Shown: piece after piece, positions 25,299 to 34,936 of the stretch | Position numbering within the stretch: position 1 is the stretch's first letter | Layout: each line of letters begins with the position of its first letter | Virus record (IMG/VR): IMGVR_UViG_2627854282_000001 | Span: 49,354-113,353 of that record | DNA from: a virus | Taxonomy: Duplodnaviria > Heunggongvirae > Uroviricota > Caudoviricetes | Length of the DNA stretch: 64,000 bases | Strand: one strand, 5' to 3' | The notes under the pieces: model-generated | What the model was told of the DNA's origin: nothing | The model's database searches: none | What the model saw: the letters and a program-made list of their open reading frames with translations, nothing else | Program-made: the position numbers and the translations under genes

Positions 25299-25487
25299 AT
25301 GACGACGAAGCCATCCCTCGAGTCTATCGCCGCCGCCGACTTGGCGCAGCTGCAATATCTGATTGACCATACCCCTGGTCTCTACCGTCACGTCTTCAGC
25401 TATCCCTGCCCCGTCGGCGAGGAGAGCCTTGACGAGCTGCGGCAAGTCGTGGCGGAGTTCTTTTACCATCAGCAGCAGGCGGCGTGA
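25299..25487 (+). CDS. hypothetical protein (62 aa)
   Basis: Leader motif plus GAAAGGAG SD. Confidence 0.4.
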   Translation: MTTKPSLESIAAADLAQLQYLIDHTPGLYRHVFSYPCPVGEESLDELRQVVAEFFYHQQQAA

Positions 25488-25699
25488 TGAAAGAAATATC
25501 GTTGATTTACAAGAACGCTATCGGGCCGGGCCTTGATCAGTTCATCGGGCTTGAAACCACCGACGCGCAAGCGCTCGAAATAGCGAGACACGAGTTCGTA
25601 AGACGCGGCGACATCGTTTACCGCAAGGTGCGCGAGACGGACAAGAGTATCCTCTATGAGAGCGTCGACGCGGTCGATGTCACCCTGATCCAGGCCTAG
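25487..25699 (+). CDS. hypothetical protein (70 aa)
   Basis: Last gene of the plus module; start overlaps the upstream stop. Confidence 0.4.
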   Translation: MKEISLIYKNAIGPGLDQFIGLETTDAQALEIARHEFVRRGDIVYRKVRETDKSILYESVDAVDVTLIQA

Positions 25700-25821
25700 A
25701 TCAGCCACTTCCTCACGGACGGATAGATCTCCTCCCCCAGTCGACGGCCGATCGCTGCGAAGAAGCCCCACAGGAAGGCTAAGCAGCAGATCATAACTAC
25801 AGCGGAAAAGAAAACCCCCAT
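25696..25821 (-). CDS. small hydrophobic membrane peptide (41 aa), speculative
   Basis: Not in the ORF track (<60 aa). ATG overlaps the upstream stop (TGATG) with a GGGAGG SD; MGVFFSAVVMICCLAFLWGFFAAIGRRLGEEIYPSVRKWLI. Confidence 0.3.
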   Translation of the reverse strand: MGVFFSAVVMICCLAFLWGFFAAIGRRLGEEIYPSVRKWLI

Positions 25822-26873
25822 CACCGCGCCTCCCTTTGTGCCTTGCCAAACATCTGCCTGGCTTGCCTCGACACCGACAGCGCGTCGTCGAAGTCCATCG
25901 CGTCGACATCCTTGAGATTGTAGCCCCAGCGGTCCGCGAAGGTGTCCTTGGCCATCAGGCCCTGGAAGACCGCGACGACGTCGAGCGCCCGCCGGATCGC
26001 TTCATACAGAAACGCCTTGCCGGTCCTGCTCGGGATATCCCGCCACGGGAATTCGTCGCGATCGACGACCCCCTCGATCAGCAGGTAATCGCGCTCCGGC
26101 ATCATCTTCTTGATGGCGCCGAGCGCTGAAATGCACTCCAGCCTGTGCGCCGGAATCGCCAGCCCGACGCCGCCGCCGGCGACTTCCCTTTCGAAGTCCA
26201 CCGAGCTCATGCCGCCGACGCGGCAGCCGTCGATATAGCTGCGCAGCGCAAGCCCCGCCTCCTTGCGACGGTCCTTGCTGGCCAGGCTCTTCGCCTGCTT
26301 CGCGTCGACGGATTTCTCCTCGCCGTCGGACAGGAGAAGCATCTGGTAGAGGTGCTCCAGCGCGGATCCGTCGACCCCGCGCTTCCAGGCCCCGCCGAGT
26401 TCCTTGTCGCGCTGCTTCTGCGCCTCGATAGCCGCTTGGCGAGCCGCTTCCTTGCGGCGCCGGATCGCTTCCTTGCGACCGGCGCGCGTCCTGAGATTGG
26501 GCTCCGGCGGCGGCGCGGCCGGCTGCGCCCGGTTCGCCAGTGGCGACATCGGAATCTCGACCGCGGCAAAATGGTAGTCCTTCAACACGTAGCCGCCATC
26601 TGGTCGATGATCCTGGCGGATCGCAGCGAGCTCATCGAGAATGTTCTGCCGCTCCTCGAGCATCAGGAAATCGCGCGGCTTCACCATGCACCGGTTGACG
26701 ATGCCGCGGATCGACCCGCCGGTGCGGCCGCTGGCCGCCGCGATGCGTGCCGTCGTCCAGCCCGCCACCCAGAGCACGCATACCACGAACGTCTTCGGTC
26801 CGAGCTCCTGCTGGAAATAATTGTCCAGCCGCACCCTGGGATGATCGCGCCGCTCTTCGATTTCGACTTGCAT
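25821..26873 (-). CDS. hypothetical protein with GcrA-N-terminal-like HTH segment (350 aa)
   Basis: ATG at 26871-26873 with AGGGGG SD right after the dnaB stop. VLWVAGWTTARIAAASGRTGGSIRGIVNR resembles the GcrA N-terminal HTH (LW..G.SA.QIA..LGG.TRNAVIGKV.R). Confidence 0.5.
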   Translation of the reverse strand: MQVEIEERRDHPRVRLDNYFQQELGPKTFVVCVLWVAGWTTARIAAASGRTGGSIRGIVNRCMVKPRDFLMLEERQNILDELAAIRQDHRPDGGYVLKDYHFAAVEIPMSPLANRAQPAAPPPEPNLRTRAGRKEAIRRRKEAARQAAIEAQKQRDKELGGAWKRGVDGSALEHLYQMLLLSDGEEKSVDAKQAKSLASKDRRKEAGLALRSYIDGCRVGGMSSVDFEREVAGGGVGLAIPAHRLECISALGAIKKMMPERDYLLIEGVVDRDEFPWRDIPSRTGKAFLYEAIRRALDVVAVFQGLMAKDTFADRWGYNLKDVDAMDFDDALSVSRQARQMFGKAQREAR

Positions 26874-26884
26874 TGTTGCCCCCT

Positions 26885-28252
26885 TCACCGCTCAATTTCT
26901 TTCAGGATTCCGCGGCGTCCCTCGAACCAGAAATCCCGCATCTCGCCGTCATCGCCGCGCCGGCGTTTGCGGCAGTAGACCTCGATCCGACCCTTGTGCT
27001 TGGTCATCTCCTCGGCCCACTCCTTGCCCTCGCTGGTATCCATGTTCTGTGGCTTCTGGCTCTTCAGCCATCGGTCACGCCGAAACAGCGCCAGCGCCCA
27101 ATCGGCATCCTGTTCGATGCTGGAGCCGCCGTCGAAGTCGTTGAGCTGCGGCGGCGGATCATCCCGGCGTTGCGATGCCCTGGTGACCTGGCTCAGCGCG
27201 ATCACCGCGGCGTCCAATTCCTTTGCCAGCCACTTCATCCCACCGGTGACCACCTCCACGCGTTCGAACCGATCGCGCGTCTTCTGGAAGGTGCGGACCA
27301 GGCGGATGTGGTCGGCCACAATGCAGATAAGGCCCTTGGACCGCTTCATCTGGATGGCGCGATCCCGCATCTGCTCGACGGCGAGCTGCGGACGATCGTC
27401 GATGTAGACGCGGGACGTTTGCAAACGCTCCGTCGCGGCCCGGAGCTCCTCCATGGCATCAAAATCGTAGGCGCCGGCCTCGATGTCGGCGACGGAAACA
27501 TTGGTCTGCGCGGCGAGCGCGCGCCGCGCCATGTCCTCATCCTTCATCTCAAGCTGGAAATAGAGGACCGGCCCATATTGCGACGCGCGCTCGGCCAGCT
27601 GGGCACCGAGGACCGTCTTGCCGTCGCCCGGCCGGGCGCCGATGAAACCGAGATCGCCGCCATGGATGCGCCCCAGGATTTCGTCCAGCGACGGCAACCC
27701 GGTGTCGAAGCCAGGGATGATCCCGGAGGATTTCGCCTTGCTCGACATCGACATCGTCTTCTTGGCGATCTCGCCAAGCGACTTCAGCGGCTCCGACTGG
27801 CTGTTGACGCTGATATCCTTCATGCGGATTTCCATGTCGGCCAGCAGGTCGGTCGAGATCGTGCCAGGCTTCTTCGCCTCCTTCAGCCCGTGCTCGAGCG
27901 TGGCAATCAGTTTCCGGTGCCGCCACAGATCGACGACGACTTCGACCTGGTCGAGCGCGGATTCATTGTTTTCCGCGTCGCGCAGCAGCGCGGTCAGCAG
28001 CGACGATGTCGACTTGCCGTCGTCGTCATATTCCGGCCCGATGCGCGATTCGATCAGCGCCAGCGACATGCGCTTGCCTTCGGTGAAGATGTCGCGGATC
28101 GCCTGGTAGACCTTCTGGTGGATCGGCCGGACGAAATGCTGCGCCTGCAGGACATCAGCGACGCTCCAGAAGCTGCTTTCGCTTTGCAGCACCTTGCCGA
28201 GGATCATCTGCTCCGCCGCGATGTTTTCGAGCTGGTTATTGTTTCGCGACAT
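26885..28252 (-). CDS. dnaB: replicative DNA helicase DnaB (455 aa)
   Basis: GFDTGLPSLDEILGRIHGGDLGFIGARPGDGKT (Walker A), ICIVADHIRL, and N-terminal ILGKVLQSESSFWSV. Confidence 0.85.
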   Translation of the reverse strand: MSRNNNQLENIAAEQMILGKVLQSESSFWSVADVLQAQHFVRPIHQKVYQAIRDIFTEGKRMSLALIESRIGPEYDDDGKSTSSLLTALLRDAENNESALDQVEVVVDLWRHRKLIATLEHGLKEAKKPGTISTDLLADMEIRMKDISVNSQSEPLKSLGEIAKKTMSMSSKAKSSGIIPGFDTGLPSLDEILGRIHGGDLGFIGARPGDGKTVLGAQLAERASQYGPVLYFQLEMKDEDMARRALAAQTNVSVADIEAGAYDFDAMEELRAATERLQTSRVYIDDRPQLAVEQMRDRAIQMKRSKGLICIVADHIRLVRTFQKTRDRFERVEVVTGGMKWLAKELDAAVIALSQVTRASQRRDDPPPQLNDFDGGSSIEQDADWALALFRRDRWLKSQKPQNMDTSEGKEWAEEMTKHKGRIEVYCRKRRRGDDGEMRDFWFEGRRGILKEIER

Positions 28253-29426
28253 CGAATTCCTTTCCTGCCATGCGGGCTTCGAACCTCTTCTTGGTGATCA
28301 GCAGATCGAGCGAGTCGCCGTCACGGGTCATTTCGTTGATGGTCATTGCGATGCCGGCGCTCGCCATTCGCTCTTGAAGCGCACGCTGGTGCGAGATGCC
28401 CGGCGGCTCCATGATCTTGCCGGATGGGGTCAGGACAGCCTTGTCGCCGTCCGGCCAGCCGGTGATCCGCTCCACCTCCAGCGGCGGCTCGAAGGAAGAG
28501 ACCCCGCCGGTGGAGAGCATCGACCAAACCGGATAGCGGTAGGATTCGAGCTCCCAGGCGCCAAGGGCGCTCTCCAGGCCTTCGGCGGCACCGATATGCG
28601 CGTTGATGCCGCCGATGCGCACGGCGCCGCCGCCGGCCGGCCCGAGGCCCACTTTGGCCTCATCCACCAGGTCGTTTTTGCGCGGCTCCGTCGGATGGAG
28701 AAAAATTTGCCAGACCGCGATGGTCTCGCCAAAGGCGTCCTGGACCCGAGCGATCAGGCAGGGAAAGCGGCGGCCTTCCTTGATCTTGACCCCATTTTCC
28801 CATTCGGCTTCACGCTCGTATTCGTGATCCGGAATGAAACCGAGTATGCCGTCAGGATCCCACGGCCATTCCGAAACCGGCGCGATGCCGCGCCCCTCGA
28901 CGAGATAGCGCTCCGCCAGCGTTCCCTTGATGGACACCATCTGCTCGCAGATCGCCTTGGCGGTCTGTGCGCGGTATTGGCGCTTGCGCTCCTTCTTCTC
29001 TTCCTCCTTGCGCTGGCGCTCCTCGCGCTCGCGCCGTTCCTTCTCCTGGCGCTGCTCGCGCGCCGCCTTCTCAGCCGGCGTCTCTTGCCGTTGCTCCTGG
29101 ATGCCGAGATGCTCGCGGGCGTAGCGGAATGCTTCGCGATTGTCGTCCTTCCCGTTTGGGATGCGATCTTTCTCCCCGAAGTAAAGCAGCTGTAGCCCCC
29201 AACCACCTACATTCTGAGAATGTCGATACCATTGACCGCGATTGGGCCCTTCGAGTTGAACCTGGAAAGAACTGGTGACCCTCTTGTTTTTTCCCTTTAG
29301 GCGTGGGGTCAAAAGCGCCTTATCACCTTGCACGACATAGTTCGGCCAGAACCGCTTGATGATCGATTCGACGTCGGCGTTGAGCCGATCGCAGATTTCC
29401 TGGGTATCGTCGTGGTAGCGGGGCAT
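28236..29426 (-). CDS. Toprim-domain primase-like protein (396 aa)
   Basis: C-terminal GGAVRIGGINAHIGAAEGLESAL is Toprim-like, and it sits just upstream of dnaB as phage primases do. Only a weak N-terminal zinc-binding signature; the call is tentative. Confidence 0.5.
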   Translation of the reverse strand: MPRYHDDTQEICDRLNADVESIIKRFWPNYVVQGDKALLTPRLKGKNKRVTSSFQVQLEGPNRGQWYRHSQNVGGWGLQLLYFGEKDRIPNGKDDNREAFRYAREHLGIQEQRQETPAEKAAREQRQEKERREREERQRKEEEKKERKRQYRAQTAKAICEQMVSIKGTLAERYLVEGRGIAPVSEWPWDPDGILGFIPDHEYEREAEWENGVKIKEGRRFPCLIARVQDAFGETIAVWQIFLHPTEPRKNDLVDEAKVGLGPAGGGAVRIGGINAHIGAAEGLESALGAWELESYRYPVWSMLSTGGVSSFEPPLEVERITGWPDGDKAVLTPSGKIMEPPGISHQRALQERMASAGIAMTINEMTRDGDSLDLLITKKRFEARMAGKEFDVAKQ

Positions 29427-30263
29427 CTAAGCCGGCACGCCCAGCTGCTTGTCGAGGAAATCGAACAGAACGTTCCCGAGCACGGTATAGGTCTCGTTGC
29501 GCTGCTGTTTCGCCGTGATCGTGGCCTTCTCCAGCTGCTTGGCGAAGTCGAACTTTTTCATCGCCTTGTGTAGGTTCTCCTCCGACTCCTTCCAGGACGG
29601 CTCCACCTCGAGGACGTGGCAGAGAGCCTTGATGGTGGGCTCGCGCAAGTGGCCGACCTCGCCGCGGCGCGTCTGCGTGATGCACCGTAAGGCCGCTGTC
29701 AGGTGTTGGGCTCCATAGACCCTGAGGCACCGCTGCAGCGCGCCGATCGCCAGCGTTTCGTTCGGCTTCATGTTGATCGCGGCGACGGGGTATTTGCAGA
29801 TGGTCACTTCGGCCGCCGCGCACGCATCGCGCAGCGCAACCGCTTCCGGCGTGCCGGCGGCGACTTCCGCTGCGAAGATGGCGAGCCCATGGATCTTGGT
29901 GACGGCGCCGTTGATGGCGGCGAAGGCCTTGGCCTGTTTGCTGAGGTCGGCCTGGATGATGAGACATGGCACCGCCTCGATGCCGCGCAGCGCGGCGCCG
30001 AGCGTCCGATGCTGGCCGTCGACGATGGCGTAGAGATCGCCCTCAATCTCGGCGACAACGACGATGCCGAACAGCGACCAGTCGAATTCGCGGGCGATCT
30101 TGCCGATGTTCCTGGCACCGTTGCGCAGCACCTCACGCTGATAAGCGGGGTCGATGCGGAGCTTGCTGATGGGAATCCAGTCCAGACGTGGCGCGACCCC
30201 GAGATTTTCGCTGATCGGCGTTCCCATGAAGGCAAGGTATTCTGCGGGATCGATGTGCTTCAT
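29427..30263 (-). CDS. ParB/Srx-fold protein with DGQHR motif (DndB-like, 278 aa)
   Basis: ISKLRIDPAYQREV and IVDGQHRTLGA (DGQHR). ATG at 30261-30263 with AAGGAAG SD, one codon after the upstream stop. Confidence 0.7.
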   Translation of the reverse strand: MKHIDPAEYLAFMGTPISENLGVAPRLDWIPISKLRIDPAYQREVLRNGARNIGKIAREFDWSLFGIVVVAEIEGDLYAIVDGQHRTLGAALRGIEAVPCLIIQADLSKQAKAFAAINGAVTKIHGLAIFAAEVAAGTPEAVALRDACAAAEVTICKYPVAAINMKPNETLAIGALQRCLRVYGAQHLTAALRCITQTRRGEVGHLREPTIKALCHVLEVEPSWKESEENLHKAMKKFDFAKQLEKATITAKQQRNETYTVLGNVLFDFLDKQLGVPA

Positions 30264-30646
30264 CTGATCTTCCTTGGTTTGGGTCGTCTCTTGGGGTTGG
30301 CGCAACTGACAAGCGCGTAGCGGGTCAGCGACGGCCGGCCGGTGATCTCGGCGTGCCGGGCAAGAGCGAAGAAAACGCTGGTGTGGTCGCGGCCGAACCA
30401 TTCGCCGATCTTCTTCGCGCTGGCGCGGCGGCGGATGTGCTTGACGCGGTAGATCGCGGCATAGCGGGCGAGGCAGACCTCGGCGCGGCGACAGGCGCCG
30501 AGCACGCGGACCATGGGGACGCCGTACTCAATGCAGGTCTCCCGCACGATCTGGCGCACCCATTCCGGGATGCCGCGCTGCTTGATCATCGCGTGCAAGG
30601 TGGTGGCGACGCGCTTCGGCCTGCTCTTCTCGGCGACGCGCTTCAT
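30260..30646 (-). CDS. DnaA domain-IV-like HTH protein (128 aa)
   Basis: RYAAIYRVKHIRRRASAKKIGEWFGRDHTSVFFA matches the DnaA C-terminal DNA-binding signature (GRDHTTV). ATGA overlaps the SNF2 gene stop. Confidence 0.55.
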   Translation of the reverse strand: MKRVAEKSRPKRVATTLHAMIKQRGIPEWVRQIVRETCIEYGVPMVRVLGACRRAEVCLARYAAIYRVKHIRRRASAKKIGEWFGRDHTSVFFALARHAEITGRPSLTRYALVSCANPKRRPKPRKIR

Positions 30647-32295
30647 GGCACCTTCTCCAGGAACTGCATCGCCAGCTGCTTGATGCGGGATTCGTCGGTG
30701 TGGGCTTTGGCCGGAGCCGACCCGGGATCCTTGATGCCGCGCGCCTGGTCCTTCTTGATCGCGTTCACCGCCATGATCGTGGGATCGGACCCGTAGAGCA
30801 CATAGGGGATGTAGGCGGTGATTTCGGGCTGCGTCTGCCCCGGGCGATCGACGCGGCCGTAGAGCTGTTCGAGCACCTCGGGCGCCCAGTCGAGCTCGCC
30901 CGCGACGACCGTCCAGCAAACGTTTTGCAAACCGTCGAGCCCGGTGCCGGAACGCACCGAGATGATCAGCGGGTTGCAGTCGCCATCGACGAAGGCACGC
31001 TCGGCTTTCTCCTTCTGCTTGGCGTTCTCGCTGCCGGTGTACAGCATCGGCTTGTAGGCCTTGAACTCCTCGAGCCAGACGGAATAGACCTCGCGATGCC
31101 AGCCGCCGAGGATCACCTTCAGGCCAGAATCCATCAGCATCTTTACCAGCGCCGCAACGCCCTTGGCCTTGGCAAGACCGGTCTGGAGTCGGGCGAAAGC
31201 GTCGAGCTCGCGCGCCGCCTGGCCGGCCTCAACGAAGCTGCCGCTGACCACCTTCATCGCAAGCGCTCGGGCGAGCTGCTCGGCGTCCGCAGCGACCTCC
31301 TCATCGAAGTCGACCTCGATCGGGATGCGGTTGATCGGCCGGCCTTGGCGTAGGCGACGCAGGAAGACTCGAGCTTCCCGAAGGTAGGAGCCGAGAGCGT
31401 CCGGATCATTGACGACCCACTTCCCGCGCTGGATCGAGCACCACTCGCAGGTGAACTCTTCCCAGCTGCCCAGAACGTCGGGGTCGATGTACAGCATGAT
31501 GTTCCAGATTTCGGAGCCGTAGCCAAAGATCGGCGTCGCCGAAAGCCCGAGCCTCAGCTCGGCGTTGTCGGAAAAGACCTTCGCCGCGGCGCCCTTGCGC
31601 GTGTGAGCGCCGGTTCGAAGATCCTGGATTTCGTCGAAGACGACCGCCTTGAAAAGACCGGTCGCCGCGATATCCGTCCATCCGTGGATGTTGGTGTAGC
31701 GGAAGATGTAGAGGTTCGCCGGCGGCAGATCATAGGGTCTGGTGCCGTCGATGATGTGCGCGCCCATGAAGGTCAGCTTGGCGATGAACTTCTTCACCCA
31801 CTGGTCTGCCAGGTGCGCCGGCACGACGATGGCGGCTGGCAGGTACGGCGTGCCCATGAGCGAACCCAGCGCCGTGACCGTCTTGCCCAAGCCGACGTCA
31901 TCGCCCAGCAGCAGCCGCTTGACGGCGTGCAGAAGATCGCGGGCCTGCTTCTGCATGTCGTAGAGATCGTATCCTGACCGGAAACCGAACAGCTGCGTGG
32001 TCGACTTGAAGGTCGGCAGCATGATCTCCTCGGCGCGCGCCCGCGCTTGTTCGAAGAGGCTGCGCTTGCCTTCCAGGAGCGCGCGATCCTTCTCCTCCAT
32101 CGCGAGCGGATAGCGGTTCATGAACCAGGACAGGTCCGCGCTCATCTCGTCGGTGAACGGCAGATCGAACACCTTGGTCTGGTGCTTGGGGATCTTCCTG
32201 AAAACGTCTTTCAGGCGAATGGCGACATGCGGCGGCAGATCGCTGAGTATCCAACGATTGCCTTGCAGCTCGAGGCGCCCGTACGCAGCCGTCAT
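30643..32295 (-). CDS. SNF2-family DEAD/DEAH helicase (550 aa)
   Basis: LLLGDDVGLGKT (motif I), VVFDEIQDL (II), LSATP (III) and C-terminal helicase motifs. Confidence 0.8.
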   Translation of the reverse strand: MTAAYGRLELQGNRWILSDLPPHVAIRLKDVFRKIPKHQTKVFDLPFTDEMSADLSWFMNRYPLAMEEKDRALLEGKRSLFEQARARAEEIMLPTFKSTTQLFGFRSGYDLYDMQKQARDLLHAVKRLLLGDDVGLGKTVTALGSLMGTPYLPAAIVVPAHLADQWVKKFIAKLTFMGAHIIDGTRPYDLPPANLYIFRYTNIHGWTDIAATGLFKAVVFDEIQDLRTGAHTRKGAAAKVFSDNAELRLGLSATPIFGYGSEIWNIMLYIDPDVLGSWEEFTCEWCSIQRGKWVVNDPDALGSYLREARVFLRRLRQGRPINRIPIEVDFDEEVAADAEQLARALAMKVVSGSFVEAGQAARELDAFARLQTGLAKAKGVAALVKMLMDSGLKVILGGWHREVYSVWLEEFKAYKPMLYTGSENAKQKEKAERAFVDGDCNPLIISVRSGTGLDGLQNVCWTVVAGELDWAPEVLEQLYGRVDRPGQTQPEITAYIPYVLYGSDPTIMAVNAIKKDQARGIKDPGSAPAKAHTDESRIKQLAMQFLEKVP

Positions 32296-33513
32296 CTACA
32301 TCAACAACGGCTGGATAGAGCCGTCCCCGAAAATCTGATCCATCGGCGTATCGGCTGTTGGCTCGTCACCATCCCAGCCGTTGGGCCATGTCTTGAGCGC
32401 GATCAGTTCGCGGATGCGCGCTTCTTCCTCGGCGTTGAGGATGTCAATTTCCGGTCTGCCGAGTGTCCGCGCCGCCTCATTGACCTCCGCCTGGATCGAC
32501 AGCACGCGATCGAGAGCCATCAGGCGGGCGTCGAACGTCAATGGCCCCATCCGCTGCTTGTTCTTTGCGGTCGCAATGTCACCATTGCTGTCGAGACCTG
32601 TCTTCTTCAGGCGATGGCGCGGTTCCCGGAGTTCGCGATAGAGCGGTTTCAAGCCGAGCAGCGGCGAGATATAGGACCAGGAAGGGACACGGATGACGGT
32701 CGAGAGACCGAGATCTTTCGCTGCCAGCGGGCACCCGTTGCAGCCGGTGCGGGCGTTGATCTCCTGAGCCTCATCACCGCCATAGGCATCGACCACTGCC
32801 GAGGTTTCCCACGCACCGTATTCCTTCATGCGCGCATAGACCTTCAGCCAGTCGAAGACATTGCAGACGCGCCAGTGAAGGATCGGTGCAAGCGTGGCGA
32901 TCCGGCCGCGGATGCCCTTGGCCTCTGGGACGACTTGCTGATACCAACCCTGCCCGCATTCGGCTCCGTCCTTGCCGCATGACATGGCAATACGGCCGTC
33001 GCGGATGGCGCTCTCGCCTTGGCGGACTCCGGTGATCATCAGGACCGAGCCGTCGAGTTCGTCGATGCGACGCTGCAGCGCCGCGGTCATCGGATCGACC
33101 TTGATTTGCCGTGTGCACCAGCGGAACGTGTTGTTGTTCGGCGGCGGAACACCGCGTCCGATCATGTAGACCAAGAATCGCTGGTCCATCGGGGCGCAGA
33201 CGACTTCGCAGTAGATGCCGCGGGCCCGAAGCCGATCTAGAAGTCGCGCCGCGGCGATCGCCAACGGCGGCAACTCCATGCGCGTATCGGCATAGAGCAC
33301 GGTGATTGTCTTCGGCGCCTGAAGCCGGCCCGCATCGATCAAGTGGATGATCACGGTCAACGTGGCGGTGCTGTCTTTCCCGCCGGAGAAAGCGAAAACC
33401 CAATGATCGTGCTGCGACCCATAGGCTTGCATGGACTGTAGAGTCAGCTGGACCGCCTCGTCGTAGACGAGCCGCTTCGATCCATCGAACAGTGTCGGCT
33501 GCCTCATAGCCAA
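32296..33513 (-). CDS. PAPS-reductase-family (DndC-like) adenine-nucleotide alpha-hydrolase protein (405 aa)
   Basis: VFAFSGGKDST PP-loop, plus conserved Cys (CGKDGAECGQGW; CNGCP) as in DndC-like proteins. Confidence 0.75.
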   Translation of the reverse strand: MAMRQPTLFDGSKRLVYDEAVQLTLQSMQAYGSQHDHWVFAFSGGKDSTATLTVIIHLIDAGRLQAPKTITVLYADTRMELPPLAIAAARLLDRLRARGIYCEVVCAPMDQRFLVYMIGRGVPPPNNNTFRWCTRQIKVDPMTAALQRRIDELDGSVLMITGVRQGESAIRDGRIAMSCGKDGAECGQGWYQQVVPEAKGIRGRIATLAPILHWRVCNVFDWLKVYARMKEYGAWETSAVVDAYGGDEAQEINARTGCNGCPLAAKDLGLSTVIRVPSWSYISPLLGLKPLYRELREPRHRLKKTGLDSNGDIATAKNKQRMGPLTFDARLMALDRVLSIQAEVNEAARTLGRPEIDILNAEEEARIRELIALKTWPNGWDGDEPTADTPMDQIFGDGSIQPLLM

Positions 33514-33851
33514 GCCTTCGCCAGATTGAGGAAATAGACCGGCTTCCCATTGAGCGCCGGCGGGAAGCCCATGGGCACATTGCTGATCAGCACAAGCTCT
33601 TTCAGAACCTCATGTTCGGCGTAGCGCTCCATCTGGTGATAGATCGACCTCTTGCTTCCCTTTATCTTCACTTCGACGCCGACGTCGCCGAGCCTAAAGT
33701 CAATGACGTCCCGTTCACTCAGCCGATGCTCTCGGCCATAGTCCATGCCGGCATCGTTGAACTCCCGGGCGATCGCCGCCTGCAGTTCCTTCTCATCTGT
33801 CAGTGGAAACCGACAGCGGCAAAGCACAGTCATGATGTCGAGAGCGCTCAA
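33504..33851 (-). CDS. VRR-NUC-like nuclease (115 aa), tentative
   Basis: DVIDFRLGDVGVEVKIKGSKRSIYHQ resembles the VRR-NUC PD-(D/E)xK core (D...E-V-K...Q). Confidence 0.45.
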   Translation of the reverse strand: MSALDIMTVLCRCRFPLTDEKELQAAIAREFNDAGMDYGREHRLSERDVIDFRLGDVGVEVKIKGSKRSIYHQMERYAEHEVLKELVLISNVPMGFPPALNGKPVYFLNLAKAWL

Positions 33852-33867
33852 CCAGCCAAGCTCCAGT

Positions 33868-34611
33868 TCAGTGCCTGAGAAACGCGATGGACTTGTTCGA
33901 ACTCCAGCACAAGCCGCACGTCGCGCAAGCCAGTGTGCGCCCGGTCTGCTGTGGACAAACTATGAACCCTGGCGTCGCCTGCTCCGGCAGTTCGACGACT
34001 TCAGAAGCCATCTTCTCCATGAGCGCGCCGGAAAATCTCATCCACCACCTGGTGGGAAAGTCGCGGCGGAGCTTGGCCACCGCCCGCGTGATCGGCTCCT
34101 CCGGGTCGATGCGCGCGGTGAAGCCGAAGACGTGCAGCGCGGGGCAAGTCTCCATCAGCGCGCGCCAGGTCAGCACGTAATCGACGCTGTAGAAATCGCC
34201 GAGGATATGCAGGCGGACCGCGAATCCTGATGGATAGCGGTTTTGCAAGGCAACGACTTCGTGAACGAGGAAGTGCTCGAGCTCGGGGCCATGCTGCCAG
34301 CGCTCGCCCAAGTGGACGTTGTTCCCATAGCAGGAGCGCCAGGAGCCACAGGAGCGCGGGCATGTCTTCCTCTCCTCCAGGGTCAGCATGAAGATCGGGA
34401 AACCCTTCCACCGTCCCTTCGTCACCACCTTGCCGATCTTCGGGTTGTGGTGGCCCGATTTCAGAATCCCGCCGGCCGCCGCTGGATCCTTCACGGTCGA
34501 CGTGTATACGGTCCGTCCCTCGATGATCGCGGGATGGTCGACCGCCGGCAGATAGCCGCGGCCGCCCTTCCCTCCCCGATGCGGATGGCGAACGATCGTG
34601 CCGTCAGTCAT
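33868..34611 (-). CDS. Cys-rich conserved hypothetical protein (247 aa)
   Basis: Protein-like with CPRSCGSWRSCYG, CPALH and CATCGLC clusters; function not recognised. Confidence 0.5.
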   Translation of the reverse strand: MTDGTIVRHPHRGGKGGRGYLPAVDHPAIIEGRTVYTSTVKDPAAAGGILKSGHHNPKIGKVVTKGRWKGFPIFMLTLEERKTCPRSCGSWRSCYGNNVHLGERWQHGPELEHFLVHEVVALQNRYPSGFAVRLHILGDFYSVDYVLTWRALMETCPALHVFGFTARIDPEEPITRAVAKLRRDFPTRWWMRFSGALMEKMASEVVELPEQATPGFIVCPQQTGRTLACATCGLCWSSNKSIAFLRH

Positions 34612-34936
34612 CGTAACCGCCGATCAGCTTGAGGTGCGGCGCGCTCTTCGGATGGTGGACATCAGGGACGCGCTCGGTGGCGCCTGGATGCATGTCGACG
34701 AGGAAGTCGGCGGCGCGCCAATCACCCAGGGCGAGATGATAGGCGTGCAGGTTCCGGAATTCGTCGGAGAGCATCCGGCGGAGCGCCGACCATGCCCCAG
34801 TCTCTTTCAGCTTGCGGACGCGCTTGTCCGCGGCGCCTTCCGGACGTTTGAGATCGAAGACGCCGACGTGATCGCCGACGCCGGGATAGTATTTGGCGAG
34901 GATGATATCCTCATCGAGCGTCCAGCGCTTACTCAT
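34604..34936 (-). CDS. hypothetical protein (110 aa)
   Basis: ORF between the methyltransferase and Cys-rich genes with overlapping ends. Confidence 0.45.
   Translation of the reverse strand: MSKRWTLDEDIILAKYYPGVGDHVGVFDLKRPEGAADKRVRKLKETGAWSALRRMLSDEFRNLHAYHLALGDWRAADFLVDMHPGATERVPDVHHPKSAPHLKLIGGYDD

Noticed and set aside
26747-28297. 516-aa plus-strand ORF
   Set aside because: Antisense shadow of the dnaB gene.
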